A stretch of DNA of 64,000 nt, taken from Octopus sinensis. Lineage: Eukaryota. Positions 13,215 through 29,884 of this stretch are shown in pieces. Numbering within the stretch: position 1 is the stretch's first letter; each line of letters opens with the position of its first letter. The notes below the pieces were generated by a model that was given only the letters and a program-made list of their open reading frames with translations, had not been told where the DNA came from and ran no database searches. The position numbers and the translations under genes are program-made. The DNA lies in NCBI RefSeq assembly GCF_006345805.1, contig NC_043003.1, positions 29,512,001 to 29,576,000 on the forward strand, in the 5' to 3' direction.

Positions 13215-14222
13215 ACCACATTGACTCAGGTATCTATGGTTTTACAACATATAACATCCTACCATACTAAACTCCAAGTAACATTGCCAGTAAAGTACCT
13301 ACAAAAATGTATGTATTGTAGCAGTTTTGTTCAGTTTATTTTGCTTGATTGAGTGGGCAATTAATTGTCCATCCTACAAACTTAGAAACATTAATCTTAG
13401 ACTCAGAAATTACTGAAGTTTGAAAAACTATTGATATAGGAACAGGCGTGGGTATGTGTGGTTAAGAAGCTTGCTTCTCAACCAGATGGATTCAAGTTCA
13501 GATCTACTGAAGAAAGTATCTTCTACTACAACAATACTCTGTCTTTTGTGTGTGTGTGTGTGTGTTTTAGTTTTTGTGTTTGTCCTTCACCATTACTTGA
13601 CAACCAGTGTTGGTTTGTTTACATTCCCATAATTTAGCAGTTCAGCAAAAGAGGTTGATAGAATAAGTACCATGCTTACAAAAAATAGTACAGAGTTGAC
13701 TTGTTCGATTGAACACTTCAGAGCAGTGCCCCAGAATGGCAGCAGTCCAATTACTGAAATAAGCTAAGGATTATGAGATTGATAAAACTGATGTAGGCAC
13801 CTCTGATGAGAAACCAATAAAGCTTAAAAATCAAATAAGGTTGTTTGTCATTTTTTTTTCAATCAACTGCAAAGTAGCTAAATTTGCCATTATGTATCTA
13901 CTATATAGATTACATGTGTGCGTGTGTGTTTGTGTGAGTGTGTGCATGTGTGCATGTGTGCATGTGTGTGTATGTATGTAAATATATATATATATATTCA
14001 ATTAGAAGTTAAATTAGCCTCATTAAGGTATAGTAACCTAACGGTATATCTTTTCTACCCCTCTGATGAGAGATTGCTTAATATAAGGATTTAATAATTG
14101 CTATTTTAATCTTTAGGCTTAATTGAAACAGCTGCAAGAGAATATGTTGGATTTTTGCAGATAATAAATTTTTATTAAGTGCTATATCTCCATTTTCTTA
14201 ATTTTCTTATATATATATATAG

Positions 14223-14302
<80 letters not shown>

Positions 14303-15906
14303 GTTATAATAAAAACTACAAATCTTGTTAAATACAGCTACTCAGGTTTCCTGGTCAAAATAATAATTTATTTTGTCATTTTCAAGCTGAGAACAATATC
14401 GTTTGTCGGTAGCCTTTTGAGCAGGTGACATTTAAACATGAGATGCTGGCAAGGAAGGAGAGAAGAAGAATAACACAAGGGAGATAACCAATGTTACAAC
14501 AATTGTCAGGCAGATGTAAACAAGATAAGGGTTTACTAAGTGTCTGGTGGTCTACTTTTAAATTCAGACAAGATGAGTGTGTATATATGTTTCTTTGTTT
14601 TGACATAGTAGGGATGATAGTTGTAAATGGGTGTCACTGTCATGCAAGCAGTGGCATTCATTTCCAATATTCTGCAAAAACATGTCTGGCCATGGGGAAA
14701 TATTACCTTATTTGGAAGCAGGTGAGAATTGGTGACAGGAAAGGCATCCAAATGAAGAAAATCTGCCTCAATAAATTCCCTCCAACTAATGCAAGTAAGG
14801 AAAAGAGGACTTTAAAAAATGATATTGATAAACAAACGACAATGATTATGATCAAAATATTTCGTTTTTGGTGAAATTTATACTTATCCTTTTAAACAAG
14901 TTATTTTGATATTAAGTACATGACCCAGCTCCAGTCAACATGTCATATGTTGGGGAAGCTTTGGTTATACAAACTCTTTAAATCAGTTACGAGAAAAACA
15001 AAAGGCAATAGAAATATGTTCTCACACTTAGTTATAAAGCAGTGGAATTTATTTCACATATTTGTGACAATAATAGATTATAGTTACAAACAACATTCAC
15101 ATTGGACAAAAGGCATTCAAACACTGACCACATTTGTAGGGGAAAATTTCCTTTATGTTTTAACTTGTGAAAACTTTTTAGATAATATTAGGTGAAATAT
15201 TTGTTTTGCTTATATTATGAAACAAGAAGGTATGCAGCTTAGAGGTTATTGAGTTGGATGTACAATCATCAAGTAATGTGTTCGATATCCAGAGTGGTAT
15301 GTGCATTGTGAACTTGAGCAAGATGCTTGAATTCATGTTGTTTCAGTCGCATGCTCCACTAAAAATGAGTACCAACAGTACTTGTGCCTTTTACTCTTGC
15401 CCTGGACTGACTGAAGCCTTGTGAGTGAATCTGAAAAACAGAAACTGAAAAATAAACCGTCACGTATATACATATATCTATATACGCACACATATATGTC
15501 AGATCAAGAACATCAGAAGGTACCATCATGTTTCAACAAAGAACAGCCTGCAGCCTCCCATCTCATAGCTATCCATTGCATGCACTGGTACTGACATGTC
15601 TTCTGTCCCCCACTAGATCACTTTACCTGGGCTTTAATCTTGTTCAATGCAGCAGCTGTGAGCTGAAAGAGGCCTCGTGGCAGGCCCCACACCAGATAGC
15701 TAGACATGATTGAAGAAGATCTCTAGAGGTTTACTTTCACCATGGAGGATGTGGAGGGGCTGGCATGAGGCTGCTAGCAATGGAAAGCATGGGTGGCCTT
15801 GATCAGCTCTATGCATGATGAAGCCTCTGGGACCACTAACTTGGATTGACCCCAGCCCCATTAAGCAAGAGCATGAAGTAAGCAAGAAAGTATATATATA
15901 TATATA

Positions 15907-16227
15907 TGTTACTGAGATGTACTTGCATAGCTAGTGACCTGATCTGAGATCGTGTGCTGGAACAAAAACAATTGCAGCGTGGAAGTTGTTTATAAGCAAT
16001 TTAAGAAACACACAAAAACCGTTAGATTCACTTCAACTTTTAAATTTAATGTGCCAAAATATTTTCAGTGCTTTGAGACCATGACCTGTTCACTGACAGC
16101 ACAGAATTTTGTCAGTGAACAGGTTGTGGTCTCAAAGCAACGAAAATATTTTGGCAAATTAAATTTAAATGTTGAAGTGAATCTAACGGTTTTTGTGTGT
16201 TTCTTAAATGGCATATAAACACCTTCC
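15907..16227. mobile_element. Palindromic PLE-type terminal element embedded in (TA)n
   Basis: Inverted arms 15981-16098 and 16110-16227 with an 11-nt spacer; (TA)n on both sides; the right arm carries a hammerhead fold. Confidence 0.75.
16108..16158 (+). ncRNA. Minimal type I hammerhead ribozyme, G3-C8 core variant
   Basis: UUUGUCA-GUGAACA-G-GUUGU(ggucucaaa)GCAAC-GAA-AAUAUU-U-UGGCAAA. Stem I has 7 bp, stem II has 5 bp, and stem III is the palindrome AAUAUU. Confidence 0.65.
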
Positions 16228-16961
16228 ATATATATATATATATACCTCACTTGTGCTTGTGCCACATAAAAAGCACTAAGTCCATGCTGCTGAGTGGTTG
16301 GTGTTAAGAAGGGCATCCAGCTGTGAAAATCCTGTCAAAACAGTTACAGAAGTCAGTTACAGTTGTTGTCATGGAAAGCATGGAAAGCAGATGTTAAATG
16401 ATGATGATGATGATGATGATGATATATATATATATTTAAGGGGAACAGCTTTTCATTTATGTATGTCTCATAATACAAGATTATGTTCAAGTATTTTGTA
16501 TAATTTACACTTTTCATATTTTCTTAACAGCTTTTTATGATCAGTTTGGAACAGCTCCTAAATCCATATTCAACCTTTCTCGACTTCCTCAGTCTCATTC
16601 TCAAGAATTTAATTGAATATATTTAGGAACTGTGTTCTTTCTTATAAGCTGATGCATGATACTAACAGTAGTTAAAAAAAAAACTTTGGCAAGAAAGTTT
16701 ACATGCATTCAGTTTAGTTTATAAGAAACAACACCTACATCAAATCCATTCAATCCAGTTCTTGAAAAAGAGACTGAATGTCTTGATAAGTGCATGATTG
16801 GCTGTATAGTTAAAAAGCTTGCTTCCCAATCACATGGTTCCCTGTTTGGTCTCACTGTTTGGTACTTTGGGCAAGTATCTTCTGTTATAGCCCTAGGTTG
16901 ACCAAAGCTTTGTAAGTGGATTTAGTAGATGGTAGATGGAAACTGAAAGAAGTCCATCACA

Positions 16962-17002
<41 letters not shown>

Positions 17003-17962
17003 ACATAATTTATCTATGTATATGTACACATACTGGTGTGCATATATGTATGTGTGTTTGTTTGCATCTGCCACTTGCTTTGTCAAATCATTTGTACAGT
17101 ACTCTGTTGGCGGCTTTTCTCCACTCAACAGGTTGCTTGCTCGCTTCATGTCTTCAAAAGCCACGTGGAATATGAGATCCATTGAAAAACTGGTAAAGGT
17201 TAGCCTCAGGAAGGCTACTTCAATATTTCGAAAAGATATTTGTATAACCCACATTAGCATAGAAGAAATGGTTGAAAAAGGAAGAAAAAAAGAAAAATGA
17301 ATTTTTATTTTGTTGTTGTAGACTGTCTGCTTTCTTCAGGGTCCAGTTTTGGGTTTTTTTTTTTTTTTTGGCATGTGTTTCACTTGTTTTTCTTGTCAAA
17401 AAGAAAGTCTGCCTTGAGCCTGCTGATTTAAATTAGATGAATAAGCTTTTGAGGCATTGTTTTACAGCTGGATGCCTTCTTGATGCTAACCCACATCTCT
17501 ATTTCCAAGGGATCTCTTATTCCATATGGCTATGGAGTGGTAGTAGTGTTGGTGAGGGGGAAGATAATGATGATGGGAGGGGTATGAGGGGAGGGTGGTG
17601 ACAATGATTGCAACAATGACAATAACGATGATGACAATGATGACAACGATGATGACGACGACAACAACAACGATGATGATTATGATGAGAATGTTGATGG
17701 TGATGATGAAGAGAGTCCATAAAGTTATAAATAACCATTTATTTCGAATAGATACCTTACATTCAAAATAACTTATATCATTATCATCATCATCATAGTA
17801 GTTTTAGCAAGAGACTATAATAAAAATAATGATGATGATGATAATAATAATAATAACAATAATAATAATAATAATAATGATGATGATAATAATAATAATA
17901 ACAATAATAATAATAATAATAATGATGATGATGATAATAATATAATAATAATAATAATAATA

Positions 17963-17995
<33 letters not shown>

Positions 17996-18006
17996 TGATG
18001 ATGATA

Positions 18007-18792
18007 ATGCTTTCTAATTGATGTATCAATACCAACAGATAACAATGTTTCTTTAAAAGAAATGGAGAAACTATCAAAATACAAAGACCTGGAAATAGAG
18101 GTAACTTGAATGTGGAGTCTAGAAACAGAAACAATTCTAATCATAGTAAGCATTTTAGGTATTATTTTATTCTTTTACTTGTTTCAGTCATTTGACTGCA
18201 ACCATGCTGGAGCACTGCGTTTAGTCGAGCAAATTGACCCCCAGACTTATTATTTGTAAGCCTAGTACATATTCTATCAGTCTTTTTTGCCGAACCACTA
18301 AGTTACAGGGATGTAAACACACCAGCATCAGTTGTCAAGTGATGTTGGGGGAACAAACGCAGAAACACAAACATATACGCACACACACACATATATATAT
18401 ACATATATACGATGGCCTTCTTTCAGTTTCTGTCTACCAAATCCACTCACAAGGTTTTGGTCAGCTTGAGGCTATAGTAGAAGACACTTGCCCAAGGTGC
18501 CATGCAGTAGGATTGAACCCGGAACCATGTGGCTGGTAAGCAAGCTACTTACCATACAGCCACTCCTGCACCTAAAATAATATTCAGACAAATACATAAC
18601 AAAACCACCATGACTAACAAATATATATAACATATAGAAAATAGCACTACAAGGCACTGCACTCATCCTATGTAAACCACTTTCAATACAGTAAAAATAA
18701 GAGCATCACAACAAACCACAGCACATACCCAAGGCACACAGAGTTGTACTTGGTAGTGCAGTGAAAGTACATGATAAAAATAAGATTACTGA
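18007..18792 (+). mobile_element. 3' fragment of a Dong/R4-type LINE (family A) split by a family-1 SINE (18164-18573, minus)
   Basis: 18007-18163 and 18574-18792 join to give the sequence seen at 21260-21635; flanked by (TAA)n. Confidence 0.85.
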
Positions 18793-18818
18793 ATAATAAT
18801 AATAATAATAATAATATA

Positions 18819-21680
<2,862 letters not shown>

Positions 21681-21681
<1 letters not shown>

Positions 21682-21887
21682 CTGGAACAGCTCATGTACT
21701 GAGAAGAGCATTATCACTGTGAAAACAACATCCATTCATGAATTTATTTATTTATTAATTTTTTAAATACATATTTTACCAGTGAATTTGCATTTGTAAT
21801 CTGGGAATGCATACAATGAGCTTCTCTGCCCTAGGTGTATGGAAAATACTCGGCGAGAAACGGAAGAAAATTTGAAGAAAGAAGGAA
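21681..21887 (+). mobile_element. Short 3' end of Dong/R4 family C
   Basis: Encodes GTAHVLRRALSL* plus a 3' UTR matching the reverse complement of 25059-25265; lies between (TAA)n tracts. Confidence 0.85.
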
Positions 21888-21891
21888 ATAA

Positions 21892-21957
<66 letters not shown>

Positions 21958-21983
21958 TAATAATAATGATGATAATAATAATA

Positions 21984-22037
<54 letters not shown>

Positions 22038-22050
22038 TAATAATAATGAT

Positions 22051-24297
22051 AACAGACAACAGCATATTCCCTAATGAACAGAAAGGATGTAAATGTGGAT
22101 CCTACGGCTGTAAAGACCAACTACTCATCAATAAGATGATCTTAGAAGATTGTCACAAACGACACCAAAACTTATCAATAGCCTGGATAGACTATAAAAA
22201 GGCTTTTGATAGCCTACCACATAGCTGGATTAGGAAATGCCTGGAAATGTATAAGATAGCACCTACTCTGCGAAACTTCCTGACTGTAAGCATGAGATCA
22301 TGGAGAACCACACTAACTCTGAACAGTGACAATGAATCCCTAAATGCTGGTGATGTAAAAATTTCATGTGGCATTTTCCAGGGTGACTCACTGTCACCAC
22401 TCCTCTTTTGTTTATCCTCAATACCTCTCTCAAAGCTGCTCAATGATGCGCTACGGTATAAAATGTTTGATAAAAATATAAATCATCTCTTTACATGGAT
22501 GATTTAAAGCTTTTTGCAAAAAATGACCAACAACTCAAGGGCTTACTAGCGATAGTCAAACAATTCAGTGACGACATCAGAATGCAATTCGGCCTCGATA
22601 AATGTGCAAAAGCTACCTTTATCAAAGGAAAAATGACAGAAACATCTAACGTTAACCTTGACCAGCAGAATGTCATAAAAGAACTAGACCCAGCGGAGAG
22701 CTACAAGTACCTAGGGGTAATTGAAGGGAACGGAATAAGGCATTCAGAGATGAAGGAAAGGATCAGGAGAGAATGCTATCGAAGAGTGAGAGCAATACTC
22801 AAGACAGAGCTGAATGCAAGAAACAGGATCGAAGCGATCAATGCATTAGCTATATCAGTCGTGACTTACAGTTTCAATATTGTTAACTGGTCAATTACTG
22901 AAATATGTCAGCTCGACAGAAAAATAAGGAAACTGTTGACAATGCATAGAATGCACCACCCTAAGGCAGATACAGAACGACTTTATCTGCCAAGAAAAGA
23001 GGGAGGCCATGGTCTTTTACAACTGACAATAACAATGAAGATTGCTACAATTGGCCTAGACACCTACCTGAAAAACTCTGAGGACTTGATGTTAAAACTT
23101 GTCTCAAAACATGAAAACAAGAAAGCATCATACTCAGTCATAAAACAGGCAAAGGAATATCTAAGTGAATTCCGAATACAACCAATTTCGGAATTAGAGA
23201 TAGACATACAAGAAACAAGCACAGAAAAAGCTAAGCGCATGAAAACCCATGCCAAAACTGCAGCCTTAGATATTCTGAATAATAAATGGCAAGAAAAACC
23301 TCTCTATGGCAAATTCCCAAAGAGGGCGAATAATGCAGATATTGACAAAGCCCTGACCCATCAATGGCTAATGGCCTCTGGCTTAAAATCTGAAACAGAG
23401 GGGTTTATCATAGCAGCTCAAGATCAATGCCTACCAACAAGAAACTACCAGGCCAACATATTAAAGAACGGCAGTAGCCCAACATGTCGTGTATGCCGAC
23501 AACAAAATGAAACCATTGATCATGTTGTCTCCAAATGCAGTCTTCTAGCGCCTACAGAGTACCTCAACAGGCATGATAGAGCTGCACAATATATTCACTG
23601 GGTAATTTGCAAAAACCTGGATTTGCCCCATGAAAAAAACTGGTGGGAACACAATCCCCCTCCAGTGCTTGAAAATGACCACATCTCACTCCTCTGGAAC
23701 TTCACCATTCAAACTGACAGGAAGATAGATGCAAATAGGCCAGACATCATATTGAAAGACTTCAGACAAAGAACATGCCTCCTCATTGATATGACTGTCC
23801 CAATCGATATAAACGTATCTGTCAAGACCTACCAAAAACTGAGCAAATATAAAGATCTTGAAATAGAAATCAGCAAAATGTGGAAGCTGAAGACTAAAAC
23901 AATACCTGTTGTCATAGGTGCCCTGGGAATGATAGCGAAAGGGACTAATTGCTACCTAACTCAGATACCAGGAAACCCCAAAATGGCAGAAATTCAAAAG
24001 ATAGTGCTCATGGGAACTGCTCATATCCTACGCAAAATACTCTCTATGTAATCCCAAGGTTTAAAACAAACATTTTTAAAAAATTTATTTATTTATTTAT
24101 TTTATTTTATTTTATTTTATTTATTTTATTTTTTTAAAATTTTATTTTTATGTATTAGACATTCACTAGTACAACACAAAAAAAAAAACAAAAAAACCCA
24201 AATATATGGCACAGAACTTCCAACTTGTTCTCTTGAGGTCTCTGGATGAGACTTGGAGCCAACTTGTACAGACATAAAGCAAAAGTCAAACATAGAA
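22051..24297 (+). mobile_element. 5'-truncated Dong/R4-clade LINE (family B)
   Basis: [10 protein letters not shown] and [13 protein letters not shown], then one frameshift before YMDD, then an uninterrupted 518-aa ORF. (TAA)n flanks both ends. Confidence 0.95.
22495..24051 (+). CDS. Dong/R4 LINE ORF C-terminal part (RT thumb, CCHC knuckle, REL endonuclease); TE-derived
   Basis: 518-aa ORF with [49 protein letters not shown] and KYKDL. Confidence 0.9.
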   Translation: MDDLKLFAKNDQQLKGLLAIVKQFSDDIRMQFGLDKCAKATFIKGKMTETSNVNLDQQNVIKELDPAESYKYLGVIEGNGIRHSEMKERIRRECYRRVRAILKTELNARNRIEAINALAISVVTYSFNIVNWSITEICQLDRKIRKLLTMHRMHHPKADTERLYLPRKEGGHGLLQLTITMKIATIGLDTYLKNSEDLMLKLVSKHENKKASYSVIKQAKEYLSEFRIQPISELEIDIQETSTEKAKRMKTHAKTAALDILNNKWQEKPLYGKFPKRANNADIDKALTHQWLMASGLKSETEGFIIAAQDQCLPTRNYQANILKNGSSPTCRVCRQQNETIDHVVSKCSLLAPTEYLNRHDRAAQYIHWVICKNLDLPHEKNWWEHNPPPVLENDHISLLWNFTIQTDRKIDANRPDIILKDFRQRTCLLIDMTVPIDINVSVKTYQKLSKYKDLEIEISKMWKLKTKTIPVVIGALGMIAKGTNCYLTQIPGNPKMAEIQKIVLMGTAHILRKILSM

Positions 24298-24299
24298 TG

Positions 24300-24375
<76 letters not shown>

Positions 24376-24654
24376 TGATGATAATGATGATGATGATGAT
24401 GATAATAATAATAATAATAATAATAACACTGTAATATACTTTTTATGTATCATTTATTGACATTTCTGGCAGCTTTTCAATATGATTTATTATATATTTA
24501 TTTGTGTTCTTTCAAGATAAATTCACATAATTTCCATGTGGCTATGCAAAGAAGAAACACAGAAGAGGAACAATACACAAAAAGAACATTTCATATGTTT
24601 TAGCTGAATAGAAAAAAATATATTTTCATGCTTTTAGGCGGACTTGAATATTAT

Positions 24655-24815
24655 GGTGACTGCATTAACATGTTCATTACATTAACAACTCATTAACATG
24701 TTGACCACATTAACATGGTTACAACATTAACATGTTCACTACATTAGTATGGTGACTACATAAACATATTGACTACATGTTCACTACATTAGCATGTTGG
24801 CTATATCAACATAGC
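24655..24815. repeat. Degenerate ~18-bp minisatellite (ACATTAACATGTTCACT-like)
   Basis: About 8 imperfect tandem units. Confidence 0.65.
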
Positions 24816-25058
24816 TCAAAGACGTTGCCTTCATTAAACACATATGCAATGGGTTTTGGTAGGCAGCATTGATTCTGTAACAATTCTGTAAATAACAACT
24901 CTGGAAAAAAGTAGGGTTCTTATATGCGTGGGACAAGAACCCTACTTTTGTTCCATTGAGGGCTTATATACCCCAATATTAGACTATTTTCTTTAGTCAT
25001 TGCATGGTGATTACTTATAAGCTTTAAGCATATAAAAAAATATTATTATTATTATTAT

Positions 25059-26965
25059 TTTTTTCCTTCTTTCTTCAAATTTTCTTCCGTTTCTCGCCGA
25101 GTGTTTTCCATACACCTAGGGCAGAGAAGGGCATTGTATGCATTCCCAGATTACATGCACAAATTCACAGATAAAATATGTATTTAAAAATTAATAAATA
25201 AATAAATTCATGGATGGATGTTATTTTCACAGCGATAGTGCTCTTCTCAGTACATGAGCCGTTCCAGTTAATACGATTTTTTGCACTTCCTGTAGGGATG
25301 GTGAGCCTGGAATCATTTTCAAATAGGTTTCAGTACCTTTTTTTATCATTCCTAGAGATCCTGCAATCACTGGTACTGTAGTCGCCTTGAGATGCCACAT
25401 TTTTTAAATTTCTATTAGCAGGTCTTTATATTTACTAATCTTGTCAAATTCTTTCGCCGCTATATTGTGATCACAGGGAATACTCATGTCAATTAATAAA
25501 CACATCCTTTTTGTCTGATCTTTTATAATAATATCCGGTTTATTAGCTTTTATAGTCTTGTTGGTCTGCACAGGGAAGTCCCATAGGATCGACACATTTT
25601 CTCCCTCAGTCACAGCTTCAGGATGATGTTTATACCATTTGTCAGCGGTTTTGATTTTATAATGCTGACATATTGTCCAATGTAAATACTGGCTGACTCT
25701 GTCATGTCTTGCTTTATATTCTGCAGGTGCTAAGACTCTACACCCTGAGATTAGGTGGTCTATTGTTTCAATCTCATTGTTACAGAATCGGCATTTTGGG
25801 TCAGCTCCATTTTTCATCACATTGGCTTGATAGTTCCGGGTTAATAAGTTTTGGTCTTGAGCAGCTAATATGAAACCTTCACTCTCTGCTTTTAGTCCTG
25901 AGATTCGTAACCATTGGTGCATGTGTTTCTGGTCGACATCAGCTTGTTTGCTATGGGGCACATACTTGCCATGGAGAGGTTTCTGTTTCCATCTGCTAGC
26001 TAAATTTTCATGTACTTTTGTCTTTGCAATTAATTTTATTTTCTTTGCAGCTGCAGTTGGCGTATTTCCTTCAGCCTGATCAATCTGGTGGGTATCTAAG
26101 AGATCAGCAGCGAATTTTTTGCTCTCTTTGAGAATAGAGTGAAGTCTTTTCAGTCTTTCATGTTTTTCAACAAGTTTTAGCATCCAATCGTTGGTTGCTT
26201 CAAGGTATTTGGCCTGTCCGATTGTGGTGGTTTTGTATGTAAGTTCAAGCTGGATCAAACCTCGACCTCCCTGAGCTCCGGGAAGGTAAAGGTGATCCAC
26301 GTCTGCCTTTGGATGGTGCATCGTATTACAAGTCAGTAGCTTGTGGATTTTTCTGTCAATTTTCATTATTTCACTGGTATTCCAGTTAAGCACATTGAAG
26401 CTATATAGAACAACTGGTACTGCTAAGGAATTTATGGCTAACACCTTATTATATGCATTCAGCTCAGACTTCAGGACTGCTTGAACTCTTCTATAACATT
26501 CTTTCCTCACCTCCTCTTTCATGCTTACATGCTGGATACCAGAGCCTTCATTTATTCCTAGGTATTTATAGGTTTGTTCCTGCTCAAGTTCCTTTATTAC
26601 TATTTCGACATCTAATTCGATTGAACAAGACTACCAATTTCCCTTTCTTAAAAGTGGCTTTGGCACACTTTTCAAGGCCAAACTCCATCCCGATATCATC
26701 ACTGAATCCTTTCACAGTATGTAATAATCCTTCAAGCTCTTCATCATCTTTGCCATATAGCTTTAAGTCATCCATATAAAATAGATGGCTTATTTTTCTG
26801 TTGTCAATTTTGTAGCCATATCCTGTTCTATTCAGTTCACTTGAGAGTGGTATTAGTGCTTTTTGTAGCCATATCCTGTTCTATTCAGTTCACTTGAGAG
26901 TGGTATTAGTGCTTTTTGTAGCCATATCCTGTTCTATTCAGTTCACTTGAGAGTGGTATTAGTGC

Positions 26966-26966
<1 letters not shown>
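25059..26966 (-). mobile_element. 5'-truncated Dong/R4-clade LINE (family C)
   Basis: Minus ORFs MDDLKLYGKD and a 372-aa ORF with CRFCNNEIETIDHLISGC, RHD and ANKPDIIIKD; (TTA)n flanks; 3 x 53-bp tandem at the truncated end. Confidence 0.95.
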
Positions 26967-27032
<66 letters not shown>

Positions 27033-27152
27033 TATATAAATGTGTATATATGTAATATGTGTGCTTGTATTCACAATTATATGTGTCTGTGTCATTATGC
27101 ACTCATACATACATCATGTGTTTGTGCATGCATGTCTATTATACATGGTATA

Positions 27153-28758
27153 CAGTTGCAGCCAAAATGTTCAGAACAGCATTGTTTTTGTCAGAAAAGT
27201 AGGTATAAGTTTTTATTAAAGTTGTTTTATATTCTATAATTTTTACAGACAATAAATACGATATTAATTGATATTGTCTGAGATTTTGGTGTAATTTGAG
27301 TGGATAATACAAAAGTTATGGATGATATAGTGATTTACTGCAAAACCCATGGTGGCCAAAATGATCAGAACGGTTGAAAAAATAACAAAATAATCAAAAA
27401 GTGACAGAGAATGCTGGAATTATTTCATATTTAGTGTGAAGCCCTTTAGCTTCAATCAAAGTTTGACATTTTCGACTGCATGGGGAAATTAAATTTTCAA
27501 TTTCTTGCTGGGTGATCTTATTCCATTCTTCCTGAAGGGCATTCCATAATTGCTCAGTTGTTTTAGGATTTCTGGCTTTCAAACGTTCTCCTAGAATATT
27601 CCACACATTTTCAATAGGATTGAGGTCTGGGCTTTGAGAAGGCCAATCCATAACAATAACCTTTTCAGCCTTGAGGAAGTTCATGACCACTTTAGCCTTG
27701 TGACATGGGACATTGTCCTGCTGAATTTCTCAGCACAGGCAAGACATGATCTTTTACAAGTTGTTTATAAACTCCTGCATTTACCTTTCCATGTAATCGC
27801 AGCAAAAGGCCCACAACATCTCCAGATATCATCCCCCAAACTATGACACTTCCTCCACCGAACTTAACACTAGTTTTAAGGCATTTAGGTGACAATTTTT
27901 CACCTGCTTTTCGATGAACATACCTTTTCCCATCTGAGCCAAATAACATAGACTTAGATTCATCACCGAAATGCACCGTTTGCCATTTTTCTTGAGACCA
28001 CAACACATGTTCGGTTGCAAAGGTAAGACGACACTTTTTATTCTTGGAGCTGATCAGTGGCTTCACTGCAGGTGCTCTTGCTTGTAGGTCATGTTCAACT
28101 AAACGACGAGACACAGTTTTTCGAGATAAAGTTTTCTTCAGTACAATGCTCATTTCCCGAAAAACAGCAGCAGCAGTTTTAAATCTGTCCTTTTTAACCA
28201 ACTTTACCATAGCACGATATTCTCTCTTGGTCGTTTTTCTTGGCCTACCTGTAGATTTTCTTGCTTCACACGAACCACAATCATCGTAGACCTTAAGAAT
28301 ACCGTGAACAACACTTTTTGACTTGTTAACAATCTTTGCAATAGACCTAATACTTAAATTATCCTTCTTTCGAAGCTTAATAATCTGCTGACGAATTGGT
28401 AACGGAGTAAGTGGCATTATATTAACAAAGTGCACTGCAGATATTCTTACTAATGTTTAGTAAACGAACTGTCACGTAAACAAATTCAAAACATTAGAGT
28501 TCGACGGTTAAATATTCTAAAACATGAGTAAAAGCAACCGTTCTGATCATTTTGGTCACCATGGGTTTTGCAGTAAATCACTATATCATCCATAACTTTT
28601 GTATTATCCACTCAAATTACGCCAAAATCTCAGACAATAACAAATAATATCGTATTTATTGTCTGTGAAAATTATAGAATATAAAACAACTTTGATAAAA
28701 ACTTATATCTACTTTTCTGACGAAAACAATGCCGTTCTGAACATTTTGGTCGCAACTG
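27153..28758 (-). mobile_element. Full-length Tc1 (DD34E) transposon with long IR/DR-type TIRs
   Basis: TA-CAGTTG...CAACTG-TA termini. TIRs of ~225 bp (27153-27377, 28535-28758) each contain two copies of CCAAAATG(T/A)TCAGAAC. Confidence 0.95.
27394..28417 (-). pseudogene. Tc1 transposase with one frameshift near 27720
   Basis: HTH N-terminus, GRPRKT linker, FGDESK, QQDNVPCH and WPSQSPDLNPIENVW; 34 residues separate the second D from E (manual count). Confidence 0.9.
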
Positions 28759-29408
28759 TATATCAACATATACAATACATATATATACAAATATTTATTG
28801 TCAGTCAAAAACAAACACGCACAATATAAAACAGAAATGAACAGGCAGCTGTACCTTTAGCATGAGAAGTGGTGGGGTGACAAAACGTGAGGAAAAAGGT
28901 CGTCACAGATACATAAAAACAACCATCCATCTATACATACATATAAAACGCATAAATGTGGCCATGCACACACACACACACACATACACACACACACGCA
29001 CACTCACACACAAATCTATATATCTTTTATCGTTTACCTTTTACTTGCTTCAGTTAATAGACTGCGGCCATCTGGGTTACCATCTTGAAGAATTTTTAGT
29101 CAAATGAATCAATCTCAGTACTTAATTTTGTTAAGCCTGGTACTTATTCTACTGATATCTTTTGCTGAACCACTAAACTATGGGAATGTAAACACACCAA
29201 TCCTGGTTGTCAAGCAGTGTAGGAGACAAACACAGACATGAAGACACACAAACATGCATATATATGTTAGGAAGGGCATCCAGCTGTAGAAACTCTGCCA
29301 GATCAAAAGTGGAGCCTGGTGCAGCCATCTGGTTCACCAGCCCTCAGTCAAATCGTCCATCCAATGCTAGCATGGAAAGCAGATGTTAAATGATGATGAT
29401 GATGATGA

Positions 29409-29449
<41 letters not shown>

Positions 29450-29478
29450 CACACACACACACACCACACACACACACA

Positions 29479-29516
<38 letters not shown>

Positions 29517-29521
29517 TATAT

Positions 29522-29574
<53 letters not shown>

Positions 29575-29576
<2 letters not shown>

Positions 29577-29884
29577 AGGCGTAATGGCCCAGTGGTTAGG
29601 GCAGTGGACTCGCGGTCGGAGGATCGCAGTTTCGATTCCCAGACCGGGCGTTGTGTGTGTTTATTGAGCGAAAACAGCTAAAAGCTCCACGAGGCTCTGG
29701 CACGGGGTGGTGATCCCTGCTGTACTCTTTCACCACTCTTTCTCTCACTTTCTTCTGTTGGCCTGCTCGCTTAGCCAGCAGGGTGGCATCGTTCGAAGGC
29801 TAAAACAATGCGAACGCATTGTGACCAGTGATGTGTAGCATCATCTGATGGTCTGGTCGGTCACGTGATCACATGATCATGTGA
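29575..29884 (+). mobile_element. tRNA-derived SINE (family 3, head GGAGGCGCAATGGCCCAGTGG)
   Basis: A box TGGCCCAGTGG and B box GTTTCGATTCC; another copy at 47075-47352. Confidence 0.85.

Noticed and set aside
13795-14110. CTGATGAG motifs at ~13803 and ~14063 as possible hammerheads
   Set aside because: No stem II, GAAA and stem III arrangement follows either motif.
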